Of a stretch of DNA of 64,000 nucleotides, positions 48,413 through 60,794 are shown one piece after another (within the stretch, counting starts at the first letter, position 1; every line of letters starts with the position of its first letter). Both the position numbers and the translations under genes were made by a program. The notes under the pieces are model-generated. The model had not been told where the DNA came from and did no database searches. It saw only the letters and a list, made by a program, of their open reading frames with translations. The DNA comes from Eledone cirrhosa (lineage: Eukaryota): the NCBI GenBank assembly GCA_964016885.1, contig OZ024755.1:35836001-35900000 (forward strand). Direction: 5' to 3'.

Positions 48413-49087
48413 ATAACCTCACTGGTCCCTCTGTCTATAATAACCTCAGTGACCCCTCTGTCTATAATAACCTCACTGGCCCCCTCTGTCTATAATAACC
48501 TCAGTGACCCCTCTATAAATAATAACTCCACTGGTCCCTCTGTCTATAATAACCTCACTGGCCCCTCTATAAATAATAACCTCACTGGCACCTCTGTCTA
48601 TAATAACTTCACTGGCTCCTCTATAAATAATAACCTCACTGGCCCCTCTGTCTATAATAACCTCACTGGCCTCTCTATAAATAATAACCTCACTGGCCCC
48701 CTCTGTCTATAATAACCTCACTGGCCCCTCTGTCTATAATAACTTCACTGGCTCCTCTATAAATAATAACCTCACTGGCACCTCTGTCTATAATAACCTC
48801 AGTGAGCCCTCTGTCTATAATAACCTCACTGGCCCCTCTGTCTATAATAACCTCACTGGCTCCTCTGTCTATAATAACCTCAGTGACCCCTCTGTCTATA
48901 ATAACCTCACTGGCCCCTCTGTCTATAATAACCTCACTGGCCCCTCTGTCTATAATAACCTCACTGGCTCCTCTGTCTATAATAACTTCACTGGCTCCTC
49001 TATAAATAATAACCTCACTGGCACCTCTGTCTATAATAACCTCACTGGCCCCTCTATAAATAATAACCTCACTGGTCCCTCTATAAA
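48413..49087. repeat. 27-bp minisatellite (AATAACCTCACTGGCCCCTCTGTCTAT), about 25 units
   Basis: Read directly; origin not identified. Confidence 0.92.
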
Positions 49088-49096
49088 TATGTAGTA

Positions 49097-49512
49097 CAGT
49101 GTAACCTCACAGTTCAAGTTTAATTCATTCCATGACTGAGCTCGTTTTATGATTTACTTGTTTTACAAATCAATTTTCCCCATTGAAATTAACCAAAATA
49201 TAAATAATCCGTTCCAGCGCCATAAAACCACCTCAAAATCATTTCTTATGGGTTTTAAAACAGAAAAGGTGCAGTTATAAGGAAAATGACAATTATAAAA
49301 ACATAATAAAAGAGAATGCAAAAGAAATATGTAAACCAGTAATACACTGGGATAATTGCTGGCCTTGTGCCAAAAGTAGAAATAATTAATTGTATGAAAA
49401 TCACTCGTACTGTGGATTTCCACTCGTATTACAAGACAAAAATTTGCACGAGCCTCGACTCGTACAGAAAATTACTAGTACAATAGGGCACTGTTACTGC
49501 GTGGTTCCACTG
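49097..49512. mobile_element. Decayed Tigger/pogo-like non-autonomous DNA transposon
   Basis: TA|CAGTGTAACCTC ... GTGGTTCCACTG imperfect terminal inverted repeats; repeated internal CTCGTA motifs. Confidence 0.5.
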
Positions 49513-49579
49513 TGTCTGGTGCCCTAAAATGTAGTTAATTGTTAATTTTGATCTTGTTTTATTGTTTATCAGTATGTGT

Positions 49580-49981
49580 AATATGGAAGCCTTGTAGTGG
49601 GGAGGGCCAAGAAAACCTGGGATGAGGTGATAAAAGCTGATCTTGCCCAATTGCACCTCTCAAAGGCGATGACACAGGACCGAGACCTCTGGCGTTAGGC
49701 AGAAATACAGAAGACGACTTCCCACGGATACAAACGAAAGCTGAAGCATATAGACAGTATGCCCGCACCCACCTCCCACTGCAAAGTGGTCATGTAGGTG
49801 TCACGGTAAAAAGCACCCAGCATTCACTGTAAATGAGTTTGGTGTTAGGAAGGGCATCCAGCTGTAGAAATCAAGCCAGAATCAGTTCCTGTATGAGCAA
49901 AACATGGTCACGTGATTTGGCATTGCTCACAACAGGACAACTCATCTAACCCATGCTAGCATGGAAGAATGAATGTAAAAC

Positions 49982-50012
<31 letters not shown>
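49580..50012 (+). mobile_element. RTE 3' fragment
   Basis: GRPRKTWDEVIKADL, then shared tail and (GAT)n. Confidence 0.75.
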
Positions 50013-50395
50013 CAAGTAGTTAGTTACAATTAAAAAATGTTTTGTTTTAAATAACTGAAAAGAAAAAAAAAAAAAAAAAAAAAACCTAGGCATGTGGTTA
50101 GAATGTTTCAGGAGAGAATCGCTGGATAAATTTTACGAGCAAAACCAACCGGCAGGTGACCCAGCAAGATGGTTCAATAACATCCATGAGCTTGGCTGGT
50201 CTCACTTGGGGATATAGTTGGAGATGGTTGCTTCTCTCAAGACCCACTGGAAGGAACGTTTGAGGACTCTTCTCCCATGGACCTCAAATCGCTAAAATTG
50301 GCAGAGGAGATGACGAAGGAACACAACAAGTGGAGAGATGTCGTGCTGAGAAGGACCCATCCAACCCATGCAAGCATGGAAAAGCAGACTTTAAA

Positions 50396-50431
<36 letters not shown>

Positions 50432-50936
50432 CCTTTCCTCTTTTATGATGTTAGAGTGAAATTTGAAAGAGTTTCTATTAAGTTATAGAACCACATAAAG
50501 GTTCCCTCAATGGTATGAAACAATACTATATATTTATGTGTATAGCTATAAAAATAACTTCGGCTGCGTAGCATTACTGTGATCTAAGGAAGAAGACTTT
50601 TGGACAGAAAATACTAGAGTTATGAGACAGCTGACCAAGTTGGTTGCTATAATATCAAAGAAGGCTTTTAATTGATTTCTCAAAGTCTTCCTGACTCGCT
50701 ATTCATCTCAGTAATAATGTTTGTTGCTTCTACTATACTTGAAATATTAGAAAAAGTCAACAGTGTTAAATCACAAATATAGAAATATCTGACTCACATA
50801 AAAAACTTAGTTTATGGAAAGATAGAAAACAACACTTTAATCCCATTTTGTATAAGACAGTGAGCACTATTATTCATCTATCTGCTGTCTAGTTGATATC
50901 ACAATGACATGCTGTATATAATTATATATATATATG

Positions 50937-50979
<43 letters not shown>

Positions 50980-50984
<5 letters not shown>

Positions 50985-51105
50985 AAAAAGTATGTCCCCG
51001 ACAGCAGAGCTCGAGCCGTTTCGACGGCTATTTCTGGACTCAAATGTCCAGAAATAGCCGTCGAAACGGCTTGAGCTCTGCCGTTGGAGTCATACTTTTT
51101 CCTAT
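50980..51105. repeat. 60-bp-arm fold-back inverted repeat, 6-nt loop
   Basis: Arms 50980-51039 and 51046-51105; inner 36 bp have a single G-T mismatch. Confidence 0.92.
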
Positions 51106-51190
51106 TCCCCACTCTACTACCCTAAGTATTGAGTACTCTGGTGCGTTATGGTCCATCTGGTTCCTTACCACAATTTCTTCATTATATATG

Positions 51191-51251
<61 letters not shown>

Positions 51252-51356
51252 GTATATATGTATATATATATGTATATATATACATACATGTATATATATA
51301 TGTATATATGTATATATATATGTATATATATACATACATGTATATATGTATATATG

Positions 51357-51406
<50 letters not shown>

Positions 51407-51465
51407 AATACGAGGGAAAGTAAGAAATCGGAGAATAGACCGTTAAAACATGTTTATTTAAAACA

Positions 51466-51506
51466 GCACCTACGTACGTTTCGCCCAGTTGGGCTTCTCA
51501 AGGGCA
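51466..51506 (-). ncRNA. Minimal type I hammerhead ribozyme motif (Penelope/retrozyme-like)
   Basis: Minus strand UGCCC-UUGAGAA-GCCC(AACU)GGGC-GAAAC-GUAC-GUA-GGUGC; AATAAA follows downstream; stem I imperfect. Confidence 0.65.
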
Positions 51507-52184
51507 TAAATAACCAAAAGTGTTCCTTACATTGCTCGGAAAGAGTTTCTGGGGTTAAATTCATGTGAAGGTTCATTGCTCGCAAAAATAGCTTGTTTTG
51601 ATTTTGCAGCAGGTCAAGGGAGGTAACTCTGGCCGGTGTTAGGGCAGTCTTTCCCGGACAAATTTTTATCCGCTACAAGATGAGGATACGACCTTACCCT
51701 TGTCGATACGCACAGGGTCATGTAACCAACGCTTATTTTGAGACGTTTGAGGCTGGGTCTGGTATGCAAGGTTAGTTTCCTGGGTGTTATTTTGCAGCGC
51801 CTGCCCACCGGGGTGTTAAGACTTGTTGCAGGGAGATCCGGTGCACGGTTTCACTCCTCATCCTTAACCCATCTAAAGAAGGATATTTTTAAGCGATGTG
51901 TACAACTTATCGCTGTTTCTCTCTCAATACGTAAATACTGTATATATATATATCATCATCATCATTCTTCGATTACTGTCGAGATGATGGATCTCACTCT
52001 CATGCCCCAGAATTCCCTGTCCCCCATCGCTGCCCCCAGGTCCCGTCTACTGATTCCCGTATATCTAGAGATCATTATGATCAGAAACAGGACCCGGGAA
52101 AGCAGGGGCTGGACCTATATCAACAGGTATACCATATAGTGTGGTTCCCTGAGGAACAGGAACCCTGGTGCAGTTAGTTGCGGA

Positions 52185-52251
<67 letters not shown>

Positions 52252-52356
52252 AATGTGTATATATATATATATATGTGTGAATGTATATATATATATATAT
52301 ATATATATATGTGAATGTGTATATATATATATATGTGTGAATGTATATATATATAT

Positions 52357-52728
52357 ATAAAACCTACTACAGTCAGTAGGCATCTCTAACAAAATACACC
52401 CCCGTCCCACCACCCCCACCGCCCCCTTCTATGTAAAGTTATGTTGGTGCCACACCATCCAGGCCGAAACAAATGAGATCGTGTAGGTGTCACGACAAAA
52501 AAACACACAGTCCACGCTGTAATGTGGCCGTGTAGGCAACACGGTAAAAACCTCCCAGACCCACACTGTAAATGTGGTTGGTGTTAGGAAGGGCATCCAG
52601 CTGTAGAAAACCCGCCAGACAGTCCTATGCGAGCAAGACAACCACTCTTGCCTCAAGTGGGAAAACCCCCGTCCAAACCCATGCAAGCGTGGAACACGGA
52701 CGTTAAACGTTGATGATGATGATGATGA
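52357..52728 (+). mobile_element. RTE 3' UTR fragment
   Basis: Highly similar reverse complement of 52771-53140; (GAT)n tail. Confidence 0.85.
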
Positions 52729-52770
52729 TATGTGAATGTGTATATATATATATATGCGTGAATGTATATA

Positions 52771-54969
52771 TCATCATCATCATCATCATCAACGTTTAAC
52801 GTCCGTGTTCCACGCTTGCATGGGTTTGGACGGGGGTAGTCCCACTTGAGGCAAGAGTGATTGTCTTGCTCGCATAGGACTGTCTGGCAGATTTTCTACA
52901 GTTGGATGCCCTTCCTAACACCAACCACATTTACAGTGTGGGTCTGGGAGGTTTTTACCGTGTTGCCTACACGGCCACATTACAGCGTGGACTGTGTGTT
53001 TTTTTGTCGTGACACCTACACGATCTCGTTTGTTTCGGCCTGGATGGCGCGGCACCAACATAACTTTACATGGAACGGGGTGGTGTGGATGGGGTGGGGG
53101 TGGTGGCGGGACGGGGTGTAGTTTGTTAGAGATGCCTACTGGCAAGGCGGGTCTTCTCTGTTACTGAGTACCGCCAAAGGTCACGGTCCAGTGACATTGT
53201 CTTGGAGAGGTGTAAGTGTATGAGGTCGGAGTTTATCAGCTCATCCCATGTTTTTCTAGGTCTGCCTATTCCGTGGCTACCGTCTATCTTTATTGCCCTG
53301 CACTTTGTAATACAGCTATCGACTTTCATGCGCATCACGTGTCCATACCAACGCAGCCTTCTCTCGAGTAAACAACATCTGATCCCTCTTATCTCTAATT
53401 TTTTCCTTAGTTCGTTTATGCTTTGCCGTTCACGTATATTACTGTTACACATCCAGCGGAGCATGCAAGCTTCGTTCCTCTCTAGTCTGCGTATATCCTC
53501 TGCACACAATGCCCAGGTCTCACTACCATGCAACATTGCTGTTCGTATGCAGGCATCGTACAACCTGCCTTTCATTTTTAGGGAGAACCCTTTAGCAGCT
53601 AATAGTGGTATAAGCTCTCTGAACTTTTTCCAACCAGTTCTGACCCTAGCTACAGTACTTTCAGAGCACCCTCCCCCACTGCTGATTTTATCGCCCAGGT
53701 AACGGAAGCTGTCCACTATTTCTATAGAACCCTCTGCGCAATTGAAAGAGCTAGTATTTTGTGGGCACTTGCTGCTACTTATTGCACCAGAACATCGGCC
53801 ACATGTAAAGTCTATGTTCTTAGTTAGCTTACCTGTGATCCCACTACATCTTTTATGCACCCATACTTTGCATTTAGGACATAAGATGGAGTTTCTACCT
53901 ACGCCTTTCCTACATACCGAGCACGACCATTTCCCAGAAGGGACCGCCGCCTTGTTTTCTTTCCTACAAACTAGAACTTTGGTCTTAGCCAGGTTAATTT
54001 TAAGTCCTTTTGACTCTAGGCCGTGCTTCCATGTTTGGAATTTCTTCTCTAGCTCGGCCATTGATTCCGCTATGAGTGTCAGGTCGTCTGCGTATAGGAG
54101 TTCCCATGGGCAGCCTGTCTTGAACTCCTCTGTTATAGCCTGAAGGGCAATAATAAATAGTAGGGGGCTGAGAACAGAGCCCTGATGGACGCCAACTTTT
54201 ACGCTAAACTCTTCACTATATTCGTTGTTAATTCTAACCTTGCTGACTGTTTCTTTATACATGGCTTGTATAGCCCTCACAAGCCATTCGTCAACGCCTA
54301 GTTTTCTAAGAGCCCACCAGATAATGGAGCGGGGGACTCTGTCGAAGGCTTTCTCCAGGTCGACAAAAGCTAAGTAGAGGGGTTTACCTTTAGCTAGGTA
54401 CTTCTCCTGTAGTTGTCGTACTATGAAAAGAGCGTCTGTGGTGCTTTTGCCTGACACAAACCCGAACTGCATTTCATCTAGATCAATTCTCTCTCTGATT
54501 AGTTGCGCTATTACTTTTTCCGTGACCTTCATGACCTGGTCGATTAATTTAATGCCTCTATAGTTACTCCTATCTAGGGCGTCTCCTTTACCCTTATAAC
54601 AGTTAACGATGATGCTGCTATGCCAGTCCTTCGGAACAACCCCATTCTGTACGACTTGGTTAACTATGCGGGTGACCATGGTGTGTCCCACCGTGCCAGA
54701 TGCCTTCAGCATCTCAGCAACTATTTCCGAAGGCCCAGCCGCCTTACCCGTCTTCATATCTTTGATTGCCTTACTTATTATACTCCCCTCGACTAACACT
54801 GCTGGTCCCTCTATCGGGTCGATATGGGGGAGACTGTCTTTCTCCCATTTATTCTCCTCATTTAGTAGCCTTTCATAGTGACACTTCCAAGCTACCTTCT
54901 TATCAGTGTCGGTGATGGCAAGTATGCCATCATCGTTAAGTACACACTTCTCCCCGACAATATCACGGT
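52771..54969 (-). mobile_element. 5'-truncated RTE-clade LINE within a (TA)n/GTGAATG microsatellite
   Basis: Open RT frame, 3' UTR and (GAT)n tail; endonuclease absent. Confidence 0.9.
53126..54968 (-). CDS. RTE reverse transcriptase (partial, no genuine start) with PHD-like Cys/His insert
   Basis: NYRGIKL, QFGF, FVDLEKAFDRV, GVHQGSVLSP, YADD, FRYLG, RRLRWYGHVMR, GRPRKTW; insert CSVC..CPKC..WVHKRC..FTCGRC; frame stays open upstream of 54799. Confidence 0.9.
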
Positions 54970-54992
54970 TATATATATATATATATATGTGA

Positions 54993-55046
<54 letters not shown>

Positions 55047-55566
55047 TCTGCTCAAGTGATAGCTTGTGATGAACGCTTTAAATTAAATTTGGTGCTCAAC
55101 ATGACACTTCTAAAGAATGAGAGTTACCTTTGACAATGTTACATACGTTCATACTATTAAGTACTTACTAAAATGAACTTTTACACACACCCACACATAT
55201 ATATATATATACAAATAAATATATATATATACATATATATATATATACAAATAAATATATATTTATATATACATATAAATATATATATTTATACATATAA
55301 ATATATATATTTATACATATAAATATATATATTTATACATAGAAATATATATATTTATACATAGAAATATATATATTTATACATATAAATATATATATTT
55401 ATACATATAGATATATATACATACATACATATATATATATATATAAATATATATATACACAAATAAATATATATATATACATATAAATATTTATATTTAT
55501 ACATATAAATATATATATTTATACATATAAATATATATACATACATACAAATATATATACATACAT

Positions 55567-55615
<49 letters not shown>

Positions 55616-55677
55616 TATATTTATATATACATATAAATATATATATTTATACATATAAATATATATACATACAGCCA

Positions 55678-55935
55678 CGGGAAAAACCTGGGACGAGCTG
55701 ATAAATTCCGACCTCACACACTTACACCTCACCAAGACAATGTCACTGGACCGAGACCTTTGGCGGTACTCAGTAATAGAGAAGACCCGCCTTACCTAAA
55801 TACAAAGTAAAACCTACTACAGTCAGTAGGCATCTCTAACAAAATACACCTCAATCCCACTCAAGTGGGAAAACCCTCCGTCCAAACCCCTGCAAGCATG
55901 GAACACGGATGTTAAACGATGATGATGATGATGAT
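55678..55935 (+). mobile_element. Internally deleted RTE 3' fragment in AT microsatellite
   Basis: [31 protein letters not shown] matches the RTE C-terminus. Confidence 0.8.
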
Positions 55936-56237
55936 ACAAATATATATACATACATACATATATATATATATAAATATATATTTATATATACATACATTTA
56001 TATATATATATATATATATAAATATATATTTATATATACATATAAATATATATATTTATACATATAAATATATATACATACATACATATAAATATATATA
56101 CATACATACATATAAATATATATACATACATACATACATATAAATATATATACATACATACATATAAATATATATACATACATACATATATATACATATA
56201 CATACATACATACATATATACATACATATAAATATAT

Positions 56238-56268
<31 letters not shown>

Positions 56269-56944
56269 AATATATGTAAATATATATATATATATATACA
56301 TATAAATACATATAAATATGTGTGGGCATGTGTCTGTGTGGGCATGTGTGTGTGTATATATATATATATATTGATGGTTGATTGATTGCTACATAGCCAA
56401 ATGTCATGCTGTCAGTTAACTTATGGAAGCCCAAAGTAAACGTACAAAGAATATATCCGAAGGAAATATCGTACCAATGTAAAGCTAGCATAATGTTAGC
56501 AAGTAAAATAATAACAAAAAGGAGACCAAAAATATCGACAGTTCTAAGAATATAAAATACCAAAGTCTGGAGAATACGATATATTTTTGAAATATATGTT
56601 AATCTCAGCATGACTCATTTCCCAATACTGCTTCCTGGAAGTACATAAATAGAGAGCCTTAAATACTAGATCAGTGTATTTAGTAAAATAGCAGAGAATA
56701 CAAGTTCCGCAAGAAGCTGGAAATCGGTTCAGTAATTGAATTAAAGTAACTATTTGATGTGATCAATAATTGTGTTTTCATGTTGGTTTATGGAGTATTT
56801 TAAGCAACATGACTTGTTATTTCCAAAGATCTGCTTGAGTTAAAGTATCCATTTTCTTTTTCCAACAGAGCTGATTTCATGAGATATAGTAGAGAGTGAT
56901 TCCCTTAGTTAATTATCCTCCCCTTAATACAGTAAACATATGGA

Positions 56945-57272
56945 ATGGAAGGCACTAAGTCAGCTATGACGACAAGTGTTCCGGCTGATCTGATCATTGG
57001 AACAGCCTGCTCCTGAAATTAATGAGCAAGTGGCTGAGCATTCCAGAAACACGTGTACACTTAATCTAGCTCTCAGGGAGATTTGGCATGAAACAGAATG
57101 TGACAAGGTTGCTCCTTCGAATTACAGGTACAACGCATATTTGCCAGCTGAGTAGACTGGAGCAACGTGAAATAAAGTGTCTTGCTCAAGGACACAACGT
57201 GCCGCCAGGAATTAAACTTACGACCTTATGATTGAGAGCTGAATTCCCTAACTACAGAGCCACACGTCTTCA
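56945..57272 (-). mobile_element. tRNA/CORE-type SINE with a different 3' tail
   Basis: Shares GTTGTGTCCTTGAGCAAGACACTTTATTTCAC core; distinct tail, also seen at about 44590-44755. Confidence 0.65.
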
Positions 57273-57518
57273 CACAATAAACATAGTAGAGTTATTAAAG
57301 ACAAGTATACAAGCCGCAAGATATTTAGTTTCTAATTCCAGGAATAATAATATTCCTTTTATTTTTCTTACTGTATTCTTCTTCTTTGTCCACTTATTTC
57401 TGAGAAGGCTATGGTGGCACAGTGACCATATCTTGCTCATATAGCACTGTTTTGGGCTAGGTTTCTACAGCTGGATGCCCTTCCTAACACCAACCACATT
57501 TACACTGTGGATTGGGTG

Positions 57519-58708
57519 CTCTCACCTCTTTCTGTTCAACCCGGCCGTAACTGGCCACTCATACTGATGTTAAGGTATTGTTCTCAAAATAAATAACATC
57601 AAAATCTCGTAGATTCGATATCATGTGAGATAATTATGTAAGATAAAACCTTTACCACAAAAATACAATAATATATATAGAGTAATGTAAATATTATGTG
57701 AGATAATTATGTAAGATAAAGCCTTTACCACAAAAATACAATAATATATATAGAGTAATGTAAATGTTATGTGAGATATTATGTAAGATAAAGCCTTTAC
57801 CACAAAAATACAATAATATATCTAGAGTAATGTAAATGGTATGTGAGATATTATGTGAGGTAAAGCCTTTACCACAAAAATACAATAATATATATAGAGT
57901 AATGTAAATGTTATGTGAGATATTATGTAAGATAAAGCCTTTACCACAAAAATACAATAATATATCTAGAGTAATGTAAATGGTATGTGAGATATTATGT
58001 GAGGTAAAGCCTTTACCACAAAAATACAATAATATATATAGAGTAATGTAAATGTTATGTAAGATATTATGTGAGGTAAAGCCTTTACTGTGAAAATATA
58101 GTATATATATAGAGTAATGTAAATATTATGTGAGATATTATGTGAGGTAAAGCCTTTACCACAAAAATACAATAGTATATATAGAGTAATGCAAATGTTA
58201 TGTGAGGTATTATGTGAGGTAAAGCCTTTACCACAAAAATACAATAGTATATATAAAGTAATGTAAATGTTATGTGAGGTATTATGTGAGGTAAAGCCTT
58301 TACCACAAAAATACAATAATATATATAGAGTAATGTAAATGTTATGTGAGATATTATGTGAGGTAAAGCCTTTACCACAAAAATACAATAATATATATAG
58401 AGTAATGTAAATGTTATGTGAGATATTATGTGAGGTAAAGCCTTTACTGTGAAAATATAGTATATATATAGAGTAATATAAATATTATGTGAGATATTAT
58501 GTGAGGTAAAGCCTTTACCACAAAAATACAATAGTATATATAGAGTAATGCAAATGTTATGTGAGGTATTATGTGAGGTAAAGCCTTTACCACAAAAATA
58601 CAATAGTATATATAAAGTAATGTAAATGTTATGTGAGGTATTATGTGAGGTAAAGCCTTTACCACAAAAATACAATAGTATATATAGAGTAATGTAAATG
58701 TTAAAGGG
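57519..58708 (-). mobile_element. TTAA-MITE with internal 72-bp array (about 15 units, 57621-58700)
   Basis: On minus strand: TTAA|CCCTTTAACATTTACATT, then array, then unamplified MITE body (GATATCGAATCTACGAG...CAGAAAGAGGTGAGAG). Confidence 0.88.
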
Positions 58709-59029
58709 TTAAGTCATACTAATAGCTCTTTCCAGTTGCCACAATCAGAGAAACATCTCTGATCAACTAATGAAATTATAGTTGCATGAAAATTGTTTTA
58801 AGACAAAAAGATTCAAAGTAAATTTGACACAGATTTCATCTTCTGTACACAATTCCAGTAAATGCAAATGAATGTAAAACCATAATTTCCTGTGTAAGAA
58901 TAAATGCATAAAAGAAATGAAATGGTGATATATACCAAATGACCAATAACCATTCCCTATGACAACTTTTGTGGATAAAGAGTGAAAAGTTAAGAGTTTT
59001 ATTTATTTACCACTAACAGTGCCCCCACC

Positions 59030-59308
59030 CCCCTCCCACTGCAAAGTGGTCGTGGAGGTGTCACAACAAAAAAGCACCCAGTCCACACTGTAGTGTGGTC
59101 ATGTAGGCACCACAGTAAAAAAGCACCCAGTACTCACTGTAAATGAGGTTGTTATTAGGAAGGGCATCCAGCTGTAGAAATCAAGCCAAAATCAGTTGCC
59201 GTATGAGCAAGACAAGGTCACCCGACCTGGCATTGCCCACAACAGGACAACTTGTCTAACCTATGCTAGCGTGGAAGAATGGACGTAAAATGATGATGAT
59301 GATGATGA
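59030..59308 (+). mobile_element. RTE/SINE tail fragment with two copies of the 48-bp unit
   Basis: Two GTGGTC..AAAAAGCACCCAGT units precede AGGAAGGGCATCC; (GAT)n end. Confidence 0.75.
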
Positions 59309-59521
59309 GTGGACATCTCGTTTTTTTAAGTGTTAACATCTCACAAGACAATTCTTCATGGCACTATACTGGCAACACAATCCTGAACTGTACACTACTG
59401 CAGAAATGGTGTCCTCCTTGTTGAGATTCATTGTAAAAGAAGTGAGGAAAACTCTAAGGTGAAGGGAGAAAAATTGTAATCACTTCTCCTATTGTTCATT
59501 TTTCATTCTGTAATATTGTGG

Positions 59522-59717
59522 CAGACCTGCCAACCTCTAAAAACCCAAACGGGGAGTACCATGAAAAAAAGTGCCCCAAAACAGGGAGAAATGAGGCAAA
59601 ATGGGGAGATTTTACATAAAAAAAAGCTATACCCATTTTCACTAGATAAGACATATCTCATCCACCCCTAAGTGGGTGAAAGATCTCCATCTCGGATGGG
59701 AAGAGTTGACAGGTCTG
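59522..59717. mobile_element. 196-bp MITE with 13-bp terminal inverted repeats
   Basis: CAGACCTGCCAAC / GTTGACAGGTCTG (one mismatch); flanks TTGTGG and TTATGG. Confidence 0.6.
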
Positions 59718-60290
59718 TTATGGAATTTTACCAATTTCTTTCACTCCCAAGATTTTTCCTGTCAAAAATGGTTGCTGAACATTTTCTCAATAATAATTCA
59801 TTCGACGATTTAATGAACAAATTAACAACTGATACAGATGTTTTTTTGTTTTTTTTTAAAATAATAACCAAAATGACATATTTGTTTATTTTATACACGA
59901 GAAAGATGTTTTAATTTCAAACCAGCTACCTTTTTCATCAGACCCTGTTGTTTATGTAGATATCTAGAACATCACGCTTTTACAAGTTTTGTGGGTCATA
60001 AAAACACTTTTACGACTTGAAGTTTTCTTCAATATTTTCTTTTGAAAATGATTGAGATGATTGTTCAATAAACTAGCTTGTATGTGGAAAAAAAAAAAGA
60101 GGAGGAGCTATCAACTTTGTACCCTCAGGTGTTGACGAAGTTTGACCATACCTGGGTATGTCCTTTCTGATAGAAGTAACAGCTCCTAAACTATAGCTGC
60201 AACTGAAGTAAGAAACATGAAATGGCTAAATCAATGTCCAGAAATAGGTATGAACAACTTGTACAATATTTTCACCTGTGCCACAATATG

Positions 60291-60502
60291 CCTCTCATAG
60301 ACATGACAAGTTTTGTAAAGTACACCCAATCTTCCCCTCATAGACATGACAAGTTTCACAAAGTACACCCAATCTTCCCCTCATAGACATGACAAGTTTC
60401 ACAAAGTACACCCAATCTTCCCCTCATAGACATGACAAGTTTCACAAAGTACACCCAATCTTCCCCTCACAGACATGACAAGCTTTGTAAAGTGCACCCA
60501 AT
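60291..60502. repeat. 43-bp tandem repeat, about 5 units (unrelated to 31941-38346)
   Basis: CCTCATAGACATGACAAGTTTCACAAAGTACACCCAATCTTCC. Confidence 0.9.
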
Positions 60503-60794
60503 TTCAGGTAATGTTAAAAAAATACATTTTGTCTCCCATTAGAAGCTGATTGTGGATGAGGCTATTATAGAATATGAAAGGATGAACTCTTGCTGAATGA
60601 GACATACTACTTTGTGGATGTCAACACATCTATGTTGTAAAATATCTGTCCACAAGTAAAGACACTATAAACATTGGAAATCAATCAACCCATTTTAAGG
60701 CTCATACATTAGAGGACTGGGGTTTGACTTAGACAACATTCAACTGGATGTTAAGAGTTAATATAACATTGAATCAACAACTTCAACACTTTAA

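Noticed and set aside
55190-56611. Ile/Tyr-rich ORFs (also 51040-51568)
   Set aside because: Translations of (TA)n/(TACA)n microsatellites
60152-60202. Possible 51-bp minus-strand exon (TTTCTTACTTCAG acceptor, GTATGG donor)
   Set aside because: Splice-like signals alone are common; the peptide is unrecognisable and there is no transcript evidence
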